From: Candidatus Margulisiibacteriota bacterium
Lineage (GTDB): Bacteria > Margulisbacteria > WOR-1 > O2-12-FULL-45-9
Direction of reading: 5' to 3'
Length of the DNA: 64,000 nt
Assembly: GCA_034723395.1 (NCBI GenBank)
Contig: JAYEOW010000040.1
Span: 782 to 64,781, forward strand
The position numbers and the translations under genes were made by a program. Shown here piece after piece: positions 8,811 through 16,657 of the stretch. Within the stretch, counting starts at the first letter, position 1, and the number at the start of each line of letters is the position of its first letter. The notes under the pieces were generated by a model that was given only the letters and a program-made list of their open reading frames with translations, did not search any database and was not told the DNA's origin.

Positions 8811-10134
8811 ACTTCACGTCCAGGAAATGCGCGGAACAGGAGATACAGGGATCATAAGCCCTGACCAGCATCTCAAGGGCCAAGGTTATCTCTTCATCGC
8901 TTTTATCTAGAATTTCCGGTACCAGCTTTTTCATATCGTGTTCGATATTGTTAACATTTTGATTGGTGGGAATAACGCAATTGGCTTTTTGGATGATCCC
9001 TTTTTCGTCAACTTCGTAGTTGTGGAATAATATTCCACGCGGAACTTCTACGGCGCCAACGCCATTGCCGGGCTTGACCGGAATGGTCCCTTTTTCGTTT
9101 AATCCGACAATTACTGTCTCATCCCGATTGATCCCGTTTTTCTTAAGATCTTCCATGATCTGGATCGAATCTTCAAGCGAATGGACGCATTCGACCAGTT
9201 GGGCGGCGGTGTTTAAATATGGATTGATACATTTTGGTTTTAAGCCGACCGCATCGGCGACCGCCTTGGCCTTTGGATGTAGTTTACCGGCATTCAAGTT
9301 AAATCGAGCCAGGGCCCCGACCGCGTAAGAGTCGCGGCTCAGCTTGGCATGCTTTGCCGAAGAGTGGGGGACGACGAATTCATTGGTGATCTTCTTGTAA
9401 TCTTTTTTGTTCATCCTTACCCCGTCAGTCGATCCTACTTCCCCGCTAAGCATCGGATATTCGGCGTCGTCGCTTACCAGCCCGACATATTCGGTATCCC
9501 TTTCAAATTCGGGGAACTTTAAGGTTGCCGCAAGCTCAACCGTGGCTTCCATATCCGGGCGCATATTGTAAAGAATGTTCAGCATGGCGTCCAGATCTTT
9601 TTCTTTAGGAAGCTTGGTGAATCCCCCTACAATCGAGGAGATCGGGTGGACATGCCGGCCGACCAGGAGATCACAGACATCATTGCTGGCCTTTTTCATC
9701 CTAAGGGCGCGGCGGACAACTTTATTGTGCGTATCAATCAGCGGAACAAAGCTTTTTACCCCCAAAAGATCGGGAGCGACCAGTAAATATATATGCAGGA
9801 GGTGGCTGTCTAGGTTTTCCATGTGCAGCAGGAATTTTCGCAGCTTGATCGTCTGCTCCGACGGAGTAAAACCGATCGCATCTTCCGCCGCCTGGATGGA
9901 GGCCAAAGTGTGGCCGCAGGAGCATATCCCGCAGATCCGGCAAGTGATGTGCTGGGCCTCAAAGATCGAACGCCCCTGGAGCATCCCCTCAAAAAATCGG
10001 GGAGCTTCGACGATCTGCAGCTGGCAGGTCTTTAATTCACCGTTCTTAACGTCGACAACAATATTTCCGTGGCCTTCGACCCGGGTCAAATATTCAACAT
10101 TTACACATACATTTCTTTTACTCATGATTGTCAT
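8797..10134 (-). CDS. [NiFe] hydrogenase large (alpha) subunit, group 3 (cytoplasmic, cofactor-coupled)
   Basis: RVEGHG near the N-terminus, the RICGICSCGH (RxCGxC) N-terminal Ni ligand motif, and the C-terminal DPCISCSAH (DPCxxCxxH) motif followed by a 9-aa extension removed by the protease. 445 aa. Confidence 0.9.
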   Translation of the reverse strand: MTIMSKRNVCVNVEYLTRVEGHGNIVVDVKNGELKTCQLQIVEAPRFFEGMLQGRSIFEAQHITCRICGICSCGHTLASIQAAEDAIGFTPSEQTIKLRKFLLHMENLDSHLLHIYLLVAPDLLGVKSFVPLIDTHNKVVRRALRMKKASNDVCDLLVGRHVHPISSIVGGFTKLPKEKDLDAMLNILYNMRPDMEATVELAATLKFPEFERDTEYVGLVSDDAEYPMLSGEVGSTDGVRMNKKDYKKITNEFVVPHSSAKHAKLSRDSYAVGALARFNLNAGKLHPKAKAVADAVGLKPKCINPYLNTAAQLVECVHSLEDSIQIMEDLKKNGINRDETVIVGLNEKGTIPVKPGNGVGAVEVPRGILFHNYEVDEKGIIQKANCVIPTNQNVNNIEHDMKKLVPEILDKSDEEITLALEMLVRAYDPCISCSAHFLDVKFVNL

Positions 10135-10867
10135 TTTCCCTGCATTTGTTATACATATTCATCTTGTTTTTGATCAGGTCCATCGGGATTTTATATTTTT
10201 TGATCACATCGATCGCGCCATTTTCATTTGGATTGCTTACCATCCCCCGGCATCCATAGCAGATATTGCCATTATTAATACACCAGGAGTTGCAGCCGGC
10301 GCGCGTGATCGGCCCCAAACAGGTGATCCCCTTTTGGTAGAGGCAGACGTTTTCATTTAATTTGCATTCAACGCAGACCGAATAATCAGGGACATCATAA
10401 GGGAGGCCGGCGAGGGCGGCCTTTAGTACTTTAACAAATTCCGGGATATAGACCGGGCAGCCGTGTACCAGGTAATCAACTTTTACCACCTGGGGGACCG
10501 AGCGGGTCTCGATTGTTTCGAAAAATTTAGCGTCTTTTCCGTACACCTCTTTACGGATATCACCCAGTTTAAAATTATTCTTCATCCCGTTGACCCCGCC
10601 GATGGTAGCGCAGGAGCCGTAGGCGATTAGGACCTTTGATCTTTCGCGGATTTTCTTAATCCGTTCGATGGCATGCGGAGTAGTTATGCTTCCCTCGACA
10701 ACGGCCACATCAAAATCCTGGTCCCATTTTTCGCTCATTACTTCACGAAACTCAACCACGTCGATCGCACCTAAAACGTCAAGGAGCAGCTTTCCCATGT
10801 TGGCGACCTGCAGCTGGCATCCCTCGCAGCAGGCGAAATCAAAAAATGCTACTTTGGGTTTTCCCAT
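10118..10867 (-). CDS. [NiFe] hydrogenase small (delta) subunit, group 3b type
   Basis: MGKPKVAFFDFACCEGCQLQ is the typical start of sulfhydrogenase delta / MvhG-like small subunits, with multiple FeS cysteine clusters, 249 aa. Confidence 0.8.
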   Translation of the reverse strand: MGKPKVAFFDFACCEGCQLQVANMGKLLLDVLGAIDVVEFREVMSEKWDQDFDVAVVEGSITTPHAIERIKKIRERSKVLIAYGSCATIGGVNGMKNNFKLGDIRKEVYGKDAKFFETIETRSVPQVVKVDYLVHGCPVYIPEFVKVLKAALAGLPYDVPDYSVCVECKLNENVCLYQKGITCLGPITRAGCNSWCINNGNICYGCRGMVSNPNENGAIDVIKKYKIPMDLIKNKMNMYNKCRENDNHE

Positions 10868-10869
10868 CT

Positions 10870-11706
10870 TTATAAGGCCTCTTTTATATCTTTGATTTTA
10901 TCGTAGCTAAAAACCGGCCCGTCCTGGCAGCAATAAACATTGCCGATCTGGCAGTGTCCGCACTTGCCCAGGCCGCATTTCATATGGCGTTCAAGCGATA
11001 CCAGAATTTGTCGTTCCGGGATCTCTTTTTTGAGCAGTTCCGCTATCACGAACTTGTACATGACCGGAGGGCCGACAACAACGGCAAAGGTCCTTTCCGG
11101 TTCCAGGGTGATGCCGGGAATAAGAGACGTGATCAAGCCGACATTGCCTTTCCAGTCCGGGTCAGCCTGGTCGACAGTGCAGTTGAGTTTTACGTCCAAG
11201 CGCTTGTTCCAGTCGTCGACTTCATCATTGAAGAGCATATTCTGCGGGGTCTTGCAGCCCAGCAGTATGTCCACCTTGCCGAAATCCCGGCGGTTATCTA
11301 TCACATAATTGATAAGCGAGCGCAGCGGCACAAGTCCAAGCCCCGCCGCCACAAAAAGCAGGTCATTGCCTTCGAGGATCCTGACCGGGAAACCCTTGCC
11401 AAACGGGCCGCGAATGCCAACTTCATCACCAGCCTCCAGTTTATGCAGGGCGCCGGTAAATTTACCGGTATTTCTAACAACTAGCTCAAAAGAACCACGC
11501 TTAGTGGGGGAGGAGGAAACGGAGATAGGAGCTTCACCCACACCTAACAAAGAAACCTCAACGAACTGGCCTGGCTCATGGTCCAGGCTTTCGCCTCCAG
11601 GCAGCTCGATCTCAAAGTACTTTTCCGTCTCGGTCATCTGTTTGGTGCGCAGGACCTTGCTTTTTTTTATCTCGTATTCTGAGTCTTTCAGTTCAATCTG
11701 TTCCAT
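10870..11706 (-). CDS. hydrogenase gamma subunit: FAD/NAD(P)-binding oxidoreductase with a C-terminal [2Fe-2S] (PyrK-like)
   Basis: Ferredoxin-reductase-type fold (GPFG...; LLFVAAGLGLVP) with C-terminal CGLGKCGHCQIG...CC cysteines, 278 aa, in the beta-gamma-delta-alpha order. Confidence 0.75.
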   Translation of the reverse strand: MEQIELKDSEYEIKKSKVLRTKQMTETEKYFEIELPGGESLDHEPGQFVEVSLLGVGEAPISVSSSPTKRGSFELVVRNTGKFTGALHKLEAGDEVGIRGPFGKGFPVRILEGNDLLFVAAGLGLVPLRSLINYVIDNRRDFGKVDILLGCKTPQNMLFNDEVDDWNKRLDVKLNCTVDQADPDWKGNVGLITSLIPGITLEPERTFAVVVGPPVMYKFVIAELLKKEIPERQILVSLERHMKCGLGKCGHCQIGNVYCCQDGPVFSYDKIKDIKEAL

Positions 11707-11707
11707 T

Positions 11708-12769
11708 TTAACCTCTTCCTGCTTTGGTGTCTTTAATATCTTGTTCTTCGACCAGTTGGGTCAGCGTTTCTTTTAGGTTGATCTCAGCCATACAGGTCCG
11801 GCTGCAGCGGCCGCAGCCCGTGCAGAATAATCTTGAAAACTTTTCCATAGGGTATTTAAATTTTCTGTAATAGCGGTGGCGTTGACGGGCGGCGCGTTCT
11901 TCGCGAAAACTTTCGCCTCCAGCGACCTTGGCAAAGCCTTCGTTCTGGCAGGAATCCCAGCGTCGGTAGCGTTTACCAGTCTTCAGGTCGAGGTTTGGCT
12001 CATCGACTACGTCAAAGCAGTAGCAGGTAGGGCAGACATTAGTGCAGTTGCCGCAGGCCAAACATTTTTCACCCAGTTGTTCCCAGACCTTGCTGTTATA
12101 GCTTTTATCGAACATTTCCGGGATCTTTTCGTGGACGACCGGCACCTCGTTGGCAAAGATCTTTCTTTTCTCTTCCCTGAGCGCGTCCAAAGCTTTTAGG
12201 TCGGGTGGAGTGGCTTCAGCAAAAAGTTTGCTTTTCTCGATTATTGCGTCCCCGGCCTGAGTGTTAATATGGATAATATACTTGTCCCCGATATCGGTCA
12301 TAAAGAGGTCGTAACCGCCGTTTGGCGTATGGTTGTGTACCAGGCGGCAGCTGGCAAATTCATCGCAATAATCATTGCATTCATAGCCAACGATGGTGAT
12401 CTTGTTCTTGCGAATCAGATAGTTAATGTCTTTGGGGCGCTCAGAGAAAACCATATTCAAGCATTGGATGCCGGCCAGATCACAAGTATGGACGCCGAAC
12501 AGCACCATTTCTTCGCATTCCACCACCGGCTGCATATCTTGTCCTTTGCTGGTATCAAAGGTGGCCAGAGTCTCGAATTGCGGTATAAAATATTTCTTAG
12601 GCGGCAGGATGGTGGGGATGTGATCAATCGAGACCTGTTCGCCTGAGGTCACGTCTTCAAAAGCGAATTTATTGCTACCTTTGGCGACCGGGGCAACTAC
12701 CCGCTGTCCTTTGGCCAGTTCGGTGATGAACTTATCCAGGTCTGTTTTTTTTATCGTTACGTATTGCAT
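11708..12769 (-). CDS. hydrogenase beta subunit: 4Fe-4S protein (sulfite-reductase-subunit-A-like)
   Basis: CLACGNCTNVCPTCYC and CTGCGRCSRTC ferredoxin-like motifs. The likely ATG start is at 12769 (MQYVTIKK). The ORF-track start at 12787 is a TTG that lies inside the Rex box. Confidence 0.7.
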   Translation of the reverse strand: MQYVTIKKTDLDKFITELAKGQRVVAPVAKGSNKFAFEDVTSGEQVSIDHIPTILPPKKYFIPQFETLATFDTSKGQDMQPVVECEEMVLFGVHTCDLAGIQCLNMVFSERPKDINYLIRKNKITIVGYECNDYCDEFASCRLVHNHTPNGGYDLFMTDIGDKYIIHINTQAGDAIIEKSKLFAEATPPDLKALDALREEKRKIFANEVPVVHEKIPEMFDKSYNSKVWEQLGEKCLACGNCTNVCPTCYCFDVVDEPNLDLKTGKRYRRWDSCQNEGFAKVAGGESFREERAARQRHRYYRKFKYPMEKFSRLFCTGCGRCSRTCMAEINLKETLTQLVEEQDIKDTKAGRG

Positions 12770-12776
12770 AAAGGAT

Positions 12777-12794
12777 TTGTGAAACAAATCACAA
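12777..12794. promoter_or_regulatory. candidate Rex operator immediately upstream of the hydrogenase beta-subunit start
   Basis: TTGTGAAACAAATCACAA has one mismatch to the Rex consensus TTGTGAA-n4-TTCACAA. It lies 8 nt upstream of the ATG at 12769. Confidence 0.5.
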
Positions 12795-12810
12795 GCTCCG
12801 GTATACTACC

Positions 12811-12836
12811 CGAAAAAAAAGGGCTTGTCAAGCCCC
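12811..12836 (-). terminator. rho-independent terminator downstream of rex (read on the minus strand)
   Basis: The minus strand reads GGGGCTTGACAAGCCC followed by an eight-U run (plus-strand A8 at 12813-12820). Confidence 0.45.
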
Positions 12837-12869
12837 GAACCTAAATAACATATGGTCCGTGGCAGGAGA

Positions 12870-13487
12870 TTATTTAATAAAAAACGATAGGGTTTTAAGT
12901 TCCATGGCGAGATCAATATTATTTACCTTAACCTTCTTGGAAAGGGATAGTTTTACCGGAGCAAAATTTAAAATAGCTTTTATTCCGCATCCATCTAAAT
13001 GGCGGGCAGTTTCTTGGGCTGATTCGGTGGGAACGGTGAGGATGGCGATCTCGATCCCGTTGTTCCTGATCTGATCAGAGAGTGCTTTAATAGGATGACA
13101 GATAAAACCTTTAATTTTTCGTCCGATCTTCCTGGAATCATTATCAAATACTGCTATGATTTGGAAGCCAAGAGCTTGAAAACCCTTGTAGGCGGCGAGG
13201 GCAGAACCGAGATTTCCCATCCCGATAATACAGGCCTTCTTTTCATCTTCGATCCCGAGGATTTCGGCGATTTTGTTGCGCAGTCCAAGAACATCATAGC
13301 CGGACCCTCGTTTACCCAATTTACCAAAATAGGAGAGATCTTTTCTTACCTGCGAGTCACGTATCTCCATCAGGTCAGCCAGGCTTTTTGAGGAAATATT
13401 TTTGGTTCCCTGCTGGACAAGGAAATAGAGATAGCGGTAATAAAGCAATAGCCGTTGGATTGTCTTTTTTGGTATTTTTCTTTTCAT
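12870..13487 (-). CDS. rex: redox-sensing transcriptional repressor Rex
   Basis: N-terminal winged helix (IPKKTIQRLLLYYRYL) and a Rossmann NADH-binding domain with GMGNLGSALA, 205 aa. Confidence 0.85.
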   Translation of the reverse strand: MKRKIPKKTIQRLLLYYRYLYFLVQQGTKNISSKSLADLMEIRDSQVRKDLSYFGKLGKRGSGYDVLGLRNKIAEILGIEDEKKACIIGMGNLGSALAAYKGFQALGFQIIAVFDNDSRKIGRKIKGFICHPIKALSDQIRNNGIEIAILTVPTESAQETARHLDGCGIKAILNFAPVKLSLSKKVKVNNIDLAMELKTLSFFIK

Positions 13488-13490
13488 AGA

Positions 13491-13508
13491 ATGTGAATTA
13501 TTTCACAA
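13491..13508. promoter_or_regulatory. candidate Rex operator in the divergent rex / DUF1858-grx-fdx promoter region
   Basis: ATGTGAATTATTTCACAA is a near-perfect match to TTGTGAA-n4-TTCACAA. A TATAAT-like -10 follows at about 13516. Confidence 0.55.
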
Positions 13509-13598
13509 GCTATAATATTTGTCAACCCTGAACCTGTGTGAGCATAGTTCAGGGTCAAGGTTGAATTATGCTTTGCGCATCTGGTAGAATAAGGCACT

Positions 13599-13796
13599 AT
13601 GGCCGAAAAAAGACTTTTTAAAGAGATGACCATTGCGGAGGCAATAAAGCTTAAGCCCGAGATCGCGCCGATCTTGATGTCAAAGGGGATGCACTGTCTG
13701 GGCTGTGTTATAGCCCACGGGGAGACGATTGGCCAGGCGGCGGCGGTCCATGGGTTTAATGCTGAAGAATTGCTTGATGAGCTGAATAAAGTTTGA
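13599..13796 (+). CDS. DUF1858-type small redox protein (hybrid-cluster-protein-associated disulfide protein family)
   Basis: 65 aa with the CLGCVIAHGETIGQAA motif. Confidence 0.55.
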   Translation: MAEKRLFKEMTIAEAIKLKPEIAPILMSKGMHCLGCVIAHGETIGQAAAVHGFNAEELLDELNKV

Positions 13797-13817
13797 GGAA
13801 AAAGGGAAAGGATAATT

Positions 13818-14051
13818 ATGGTAAACATTAGAGTTTATTCGACTCCAACTTGTCCTTACTGTAAAATGGCAAGACAATTTTTAGGGGAAAATAGTATAGT
13901 TTTTGAGGATGTTGATGTTTCCTCTAACCAAACGGCTGCTCAAGAAATGGTCAATAAATCGAGACAGATGGGTGTGCCGGTTATCGATATCGATGACCAG
14001 ATAGTAGTTGGTTTTGATAAAGGTAAAATCAGACAATTAATTGGCATCTAA
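13818..14051 (+). CDS. glutaredoxin-like protein (NrdH/Grx family)
   Basis: VYSTPTCPYCKMAR CPYC active site, 77 aa. Confidence 0.7.
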   Translation: MVNIRVYSTPTCPYCKMARQFLGENSIVFEDVDVSSNQTAAQEMVNKSRQMGVPVIDIDDQIVVGFDKGKIRQLIGI

Positions 14052-14070
14052 GGCTAAGGAGGGGTATTAA

Positions 14071-14247
14071 ATGGCAGTGTCAGTAGACCAAGCTTTATGT
14101 ACTGGTTGCGGAGTATGTGTTGACCTTTGTCCGGAGGTTTTTGCCTGGGGGTCAGAGGGTAAGGCAACCGCAGTAAAACAAGAAGCTGAAACGTGCAACA
14201 TAGAAGAAATTGCTAACCAGTGCCCGGCAGAAGCGATCAACCTTTAA
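14071..14247 (+). CDS. small 4Fe-4S ferredoxin (58 aa; below the ORF-track length cut-off)
   Basis: My own translation gives MAVSVDQALCTGCGVCVDLCPEVFAWGSEGKATAVKQEAETCNIEEIANQCPAEAINL. An AAGGAGGGG RBS lies 7 nt upstream of the ATG at 14071. Confidence 0.6.
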   Translation: MAVSVDQALCTGCGVCVDLCPEVFAWGSEGKATAVKQEAETCNIEEIANQCPAEAINL

Positions 14248-14275
14248 TTTGCGGAGAAAGGAAAATTAAACCCAA

Positions 14276-15604
14276 ATGAGACTTGCCAAGAAGTTGGAAT
14301 ATAGCTTTGGCGCAATAGCTACCGCGCTCTCTTATCAAGCCTTTTCAACCTATATAATTTTCTTTTATGTTGACGTAGTAAAGCTTCCCGCCTCGTTAGC
14401 GGCGGTCGCAATGCTGATCTACGCGATCTGGAATGCGATCAATGATCCGATCGCTGGATTTGTGTCAGACCATACTCATACCCGCTGGGGGAGGAGGATC
14501 CCCTACATTCTGTTCGGCGCAATTCCCTTTGGTCTGATCTATTTTCTGGTCTGGACACCACCTTTTACCGATTTTAATCAGGTCTTTTGGCTTTTTCTCT
14601 ACTTTTTAGGGTTCATCTGCCTATTTGATACTTTTTATACAGTTACCATTCTCAACTGGGCCTCGCTTTATCCAGAGATGTTCCCGACCCTGGAGGAGCG
14701 TTCCGAGGTCAATGCCTACCGGCAGAGTTTCGGGATGCTGGGATTGATTTTGGGGATTGCGGGCCCACCATTGATTTATGGGTCGTTGGGGTGGGGTTGG
14801 ATGGGGGCGATCTTCGGAATAATAATTTCGTTGGCTTTATTGGTCGCGCTGCGCGGGTGTTTCGAGCATAAGCAATTCTGCCAGGAAAAACAGATCCCGC
14901 TGTTAAAATCTTTTAAAGCGACCTTAAAGAACCGCTCGTTCCTGACCTTTGTCTTTGCCAATTTATTCGTCCAATATGCCTTTACAATTATTCTGGCCAG
15001 CATCCCTTTCTTTGCAAAGTATGTGTTGAACGAGGGGGCCACCGGAACGGCGGCGATATTGGCGGCAGCGTTTTTAACCGCAATCCCCATGCTTTATGTT
15101 TGGGAAAAGCTGACGATCAGGTTTGGCGCTAAGCGGTGCTTTATGGCAACGATGATCATCTTAGCGGTCTTATTGGTCCCTCTATTTTTTGTCGAAACAT
15201 TTATGGCGGCCTTGATTAGCTCTGCCTTGATCGGGATCGGGCTTGCCGGATTTATCCTTATTGTCGACATCATCCTCGCGGATATTATAGATGAGGATGA
15301 AACAAATACCGGAACGCGGCGTGAAGGGATGTATTTTGGGGCGAATGCCTTTATCACCCGTTTTGCTATCGGACTAGAGGCATTTAGCATGGGGATTGTT
15401 TTTGTCCTTGCCCAATATAACCCGTATATATTTACCCAAACCAGGGAGTTTTTGTCCGGATTAAGATTGCTGATTGCCGGCTTCCCGATTGTAGCATTGC
15501 TGCTGGCGTTTCTGATCATGTGGTTTTATCCGCTTTCCGGAAAAAGATTAGAAGAGCTTAGGGGAAAAGTAAAAAAAATCCATGTTAAGAAAGGGGTGAT
15601 TTAG
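14276..15604 (+). CDS. MFS transporter, glycoside-pentoside-hexuronide (GPH) cation symporter family
   Basis: 12-TM profile with an N-terminal D..GR.RP-like motif (SDHTHTRWGRRIPY), 442 aa. Confidence 0.65.
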   Translation: MRLAKKLEYSFGAIATALSYQAFSTYIIFFYVDVVKLPASLAAVAMLIYAIWNAINDPIAGFVSDHTHTRWGRRIPYILFGAIPFGLIYFLVWTPPFTDFNQVFWLFLYFLGFICLFDTFYTVTILNWASLYPEMFPTLEERSEVNAYRQSFGMLGLILGIAGPPLIYGSLGWGWMGAIFGIIISLALLVALRGCFEHKQFCQEKQIPLLKSFKATLKNRSFLTFVFANLFVQYAFTIILASIPFFAKYVLNEGATGTAAILAAAFLTAIPMLYVWEKLTIRFGAKRCFMATMIILAVLLVPLFFVETFMAALISSALIGIGLAGFILIVDIILADIIDEDETNTGTRREGMYFGANAFITRFAIGLEAFSMGIVFVLAQYNPYIFTQTREFLSGLRLLIAGFPIVALLLAFLIMWFYPLSGKRLEELRGKVKKIHVKKGVI

Positions 15605-15793
15605 ATGGCAGCAGGGCAAAAAGCAGAGATCGATGCGAATACTTGTACAGGGTGCGGAATATGCGTTGACGCGTGTCCCCAGCAGGCGCTGGAAATGGTT
15701 GACGGAATAGCAAAGCTAACCAAGCCGGAAGCTTGTGACGGGTGTGCTAGTTGCGTTGAGGCATGTCCGGTCCAGGCAATTGTGATGAAGTAA
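15605..15793 (+). CDS. 2x[4Fe-4S] ferredoxin
   Basis: Two CxxCxxCxxxCP motifs (CTGCGICVDACP; CDGCASCVEACP), 62 aa. Confidence 0.75.
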   Translation: MAAGQKAEIDANTCTGCGICVDACPQQALEMVDGIAKLTKPEACDGCASCVEACPVQAIVMK

Positions 15794-15877
15794 CGAATCC
15801 TTGGATTGGCTTGACATTCAGAAGGGCAAGTTGTTAGAATTGCAGCAGCTAATATAAGATAAGGGGAGGTGAATTAA

Positions 15878-16150
15878 GTGAACAAACAAGAACTCCGTAA
15901 CGCAGTAGCTAAAAAGACCAAGATGTCTAAGGCCGCGGTATTAAATATAATGGATGCCTGTTTTGATGAGATCGAAAAATCTTTGAAAAAGGGTAAAAAT
16001 GTTCGCCTGGTCGGGTTTGGCACCTGGAAGAAGATCAGAAGGAAGGCTCGTGCTGGGAGAAATCCTCAAACCGGCAAAAAACTAACAATTAAAGCAAGGA
16101 ATGTCGCTAAATTTTCTATGGGGCAGCATCTCTTTGACCAGCTCAATTAA
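15878..16150 (+). CDS. hup: HU family DNA-binding protein
   Basis: GFGTW...RKARAGRNPQTGK arm motif, 90 aa. GTG start with a GGGGAGGTG RBS. Confidence 0.85.
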   Translation: MNKQELRNAVAKKTKMSKAAVLNIMDACFDEIEKSLKKGKNVRLVGFGTWKKIRRKARAGRNPQTGKKLTIKARNVAKFSMGQHLFDQLN

Positions 16151-16157
16151 TTCCTAG

Positions 16158-16190
16158 CCCCTACCTGCCTGCAGGTAGGTAGGGGTTTTT
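16158..16190 (+). terminator. rho-independent terminator after hup
   Basis: The 28-nt near-perfect palindrome CCCCTACCTGCCTGCAGGTAGGTAGGGG is followed by TTTTT. Confidence 0.6.
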
Positions 16191-16288
16191 CTTTGCCTCC
16201 AGCGTCGAAATCTCGACATTTTTGGATGAAATCCATTCGTAAACCATTTTATTTAAGGTGGTAATAAGATTGCTGTTATTCCCACATC

Positions 16289-16657
16289 ATGGGACTGGAA
16301 AGCTACGAGCTAGGGAAAAAAGGGGAAGAGATAGCCGAAAAATACCTGGTCAAGCAGGGATATCAAATCCTCGAACGTAATTTCCACTCTCGGCAGGGCG
16401 AAGTTGACATAATAGCCAAAGACAGAGATTTCCTCGTTTTTATCGAAGTTAAAAGTTATTCCTACCGTAGTTATGGGTCTCCCGTTGGCGCAATTAGAAG
16501 AGCGAAAAAACAGAGCTTAATCCACGCGGCACAAACCTACCTCTATAAGAAAAATATCCAGGATACTTATTGTCGTTTTGATGTGATCGCAATCTACAAG
16601 AAATTTAATGGCGAACAATTGATCGAACATTATCGGGACGCGTTTTACATATGTTAG
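16289..16657 (+). CDS. yraN: YraN family (UPF0102) endonuclease
   Basis: LVKQGYQILERNFHSRQGEVDIIA...FIEVK family pattern, 122 aa. Confidence 0.75.
   Translation: MGLESYELGKKGEEIAEKYLVKQGYQILERNFHSRQGEVDIIAKDRDFLVFIEVKSYSYRSYGSPVGAIRRAKKQSLIHAAQTYLYKKNIQDTYCRFDVIAIYKKFNGEQLIEHYRDAFYIC

Noticed and set aside
12770-12787. Longer hydrogenase beta-subunit N-terminus (MFHKSF...) from the ORF track
   Set aside because: That start is a TTG lying inside the Rex operator. The ATG at 12769 (MQYVTIKK) is the more plausible initiator.
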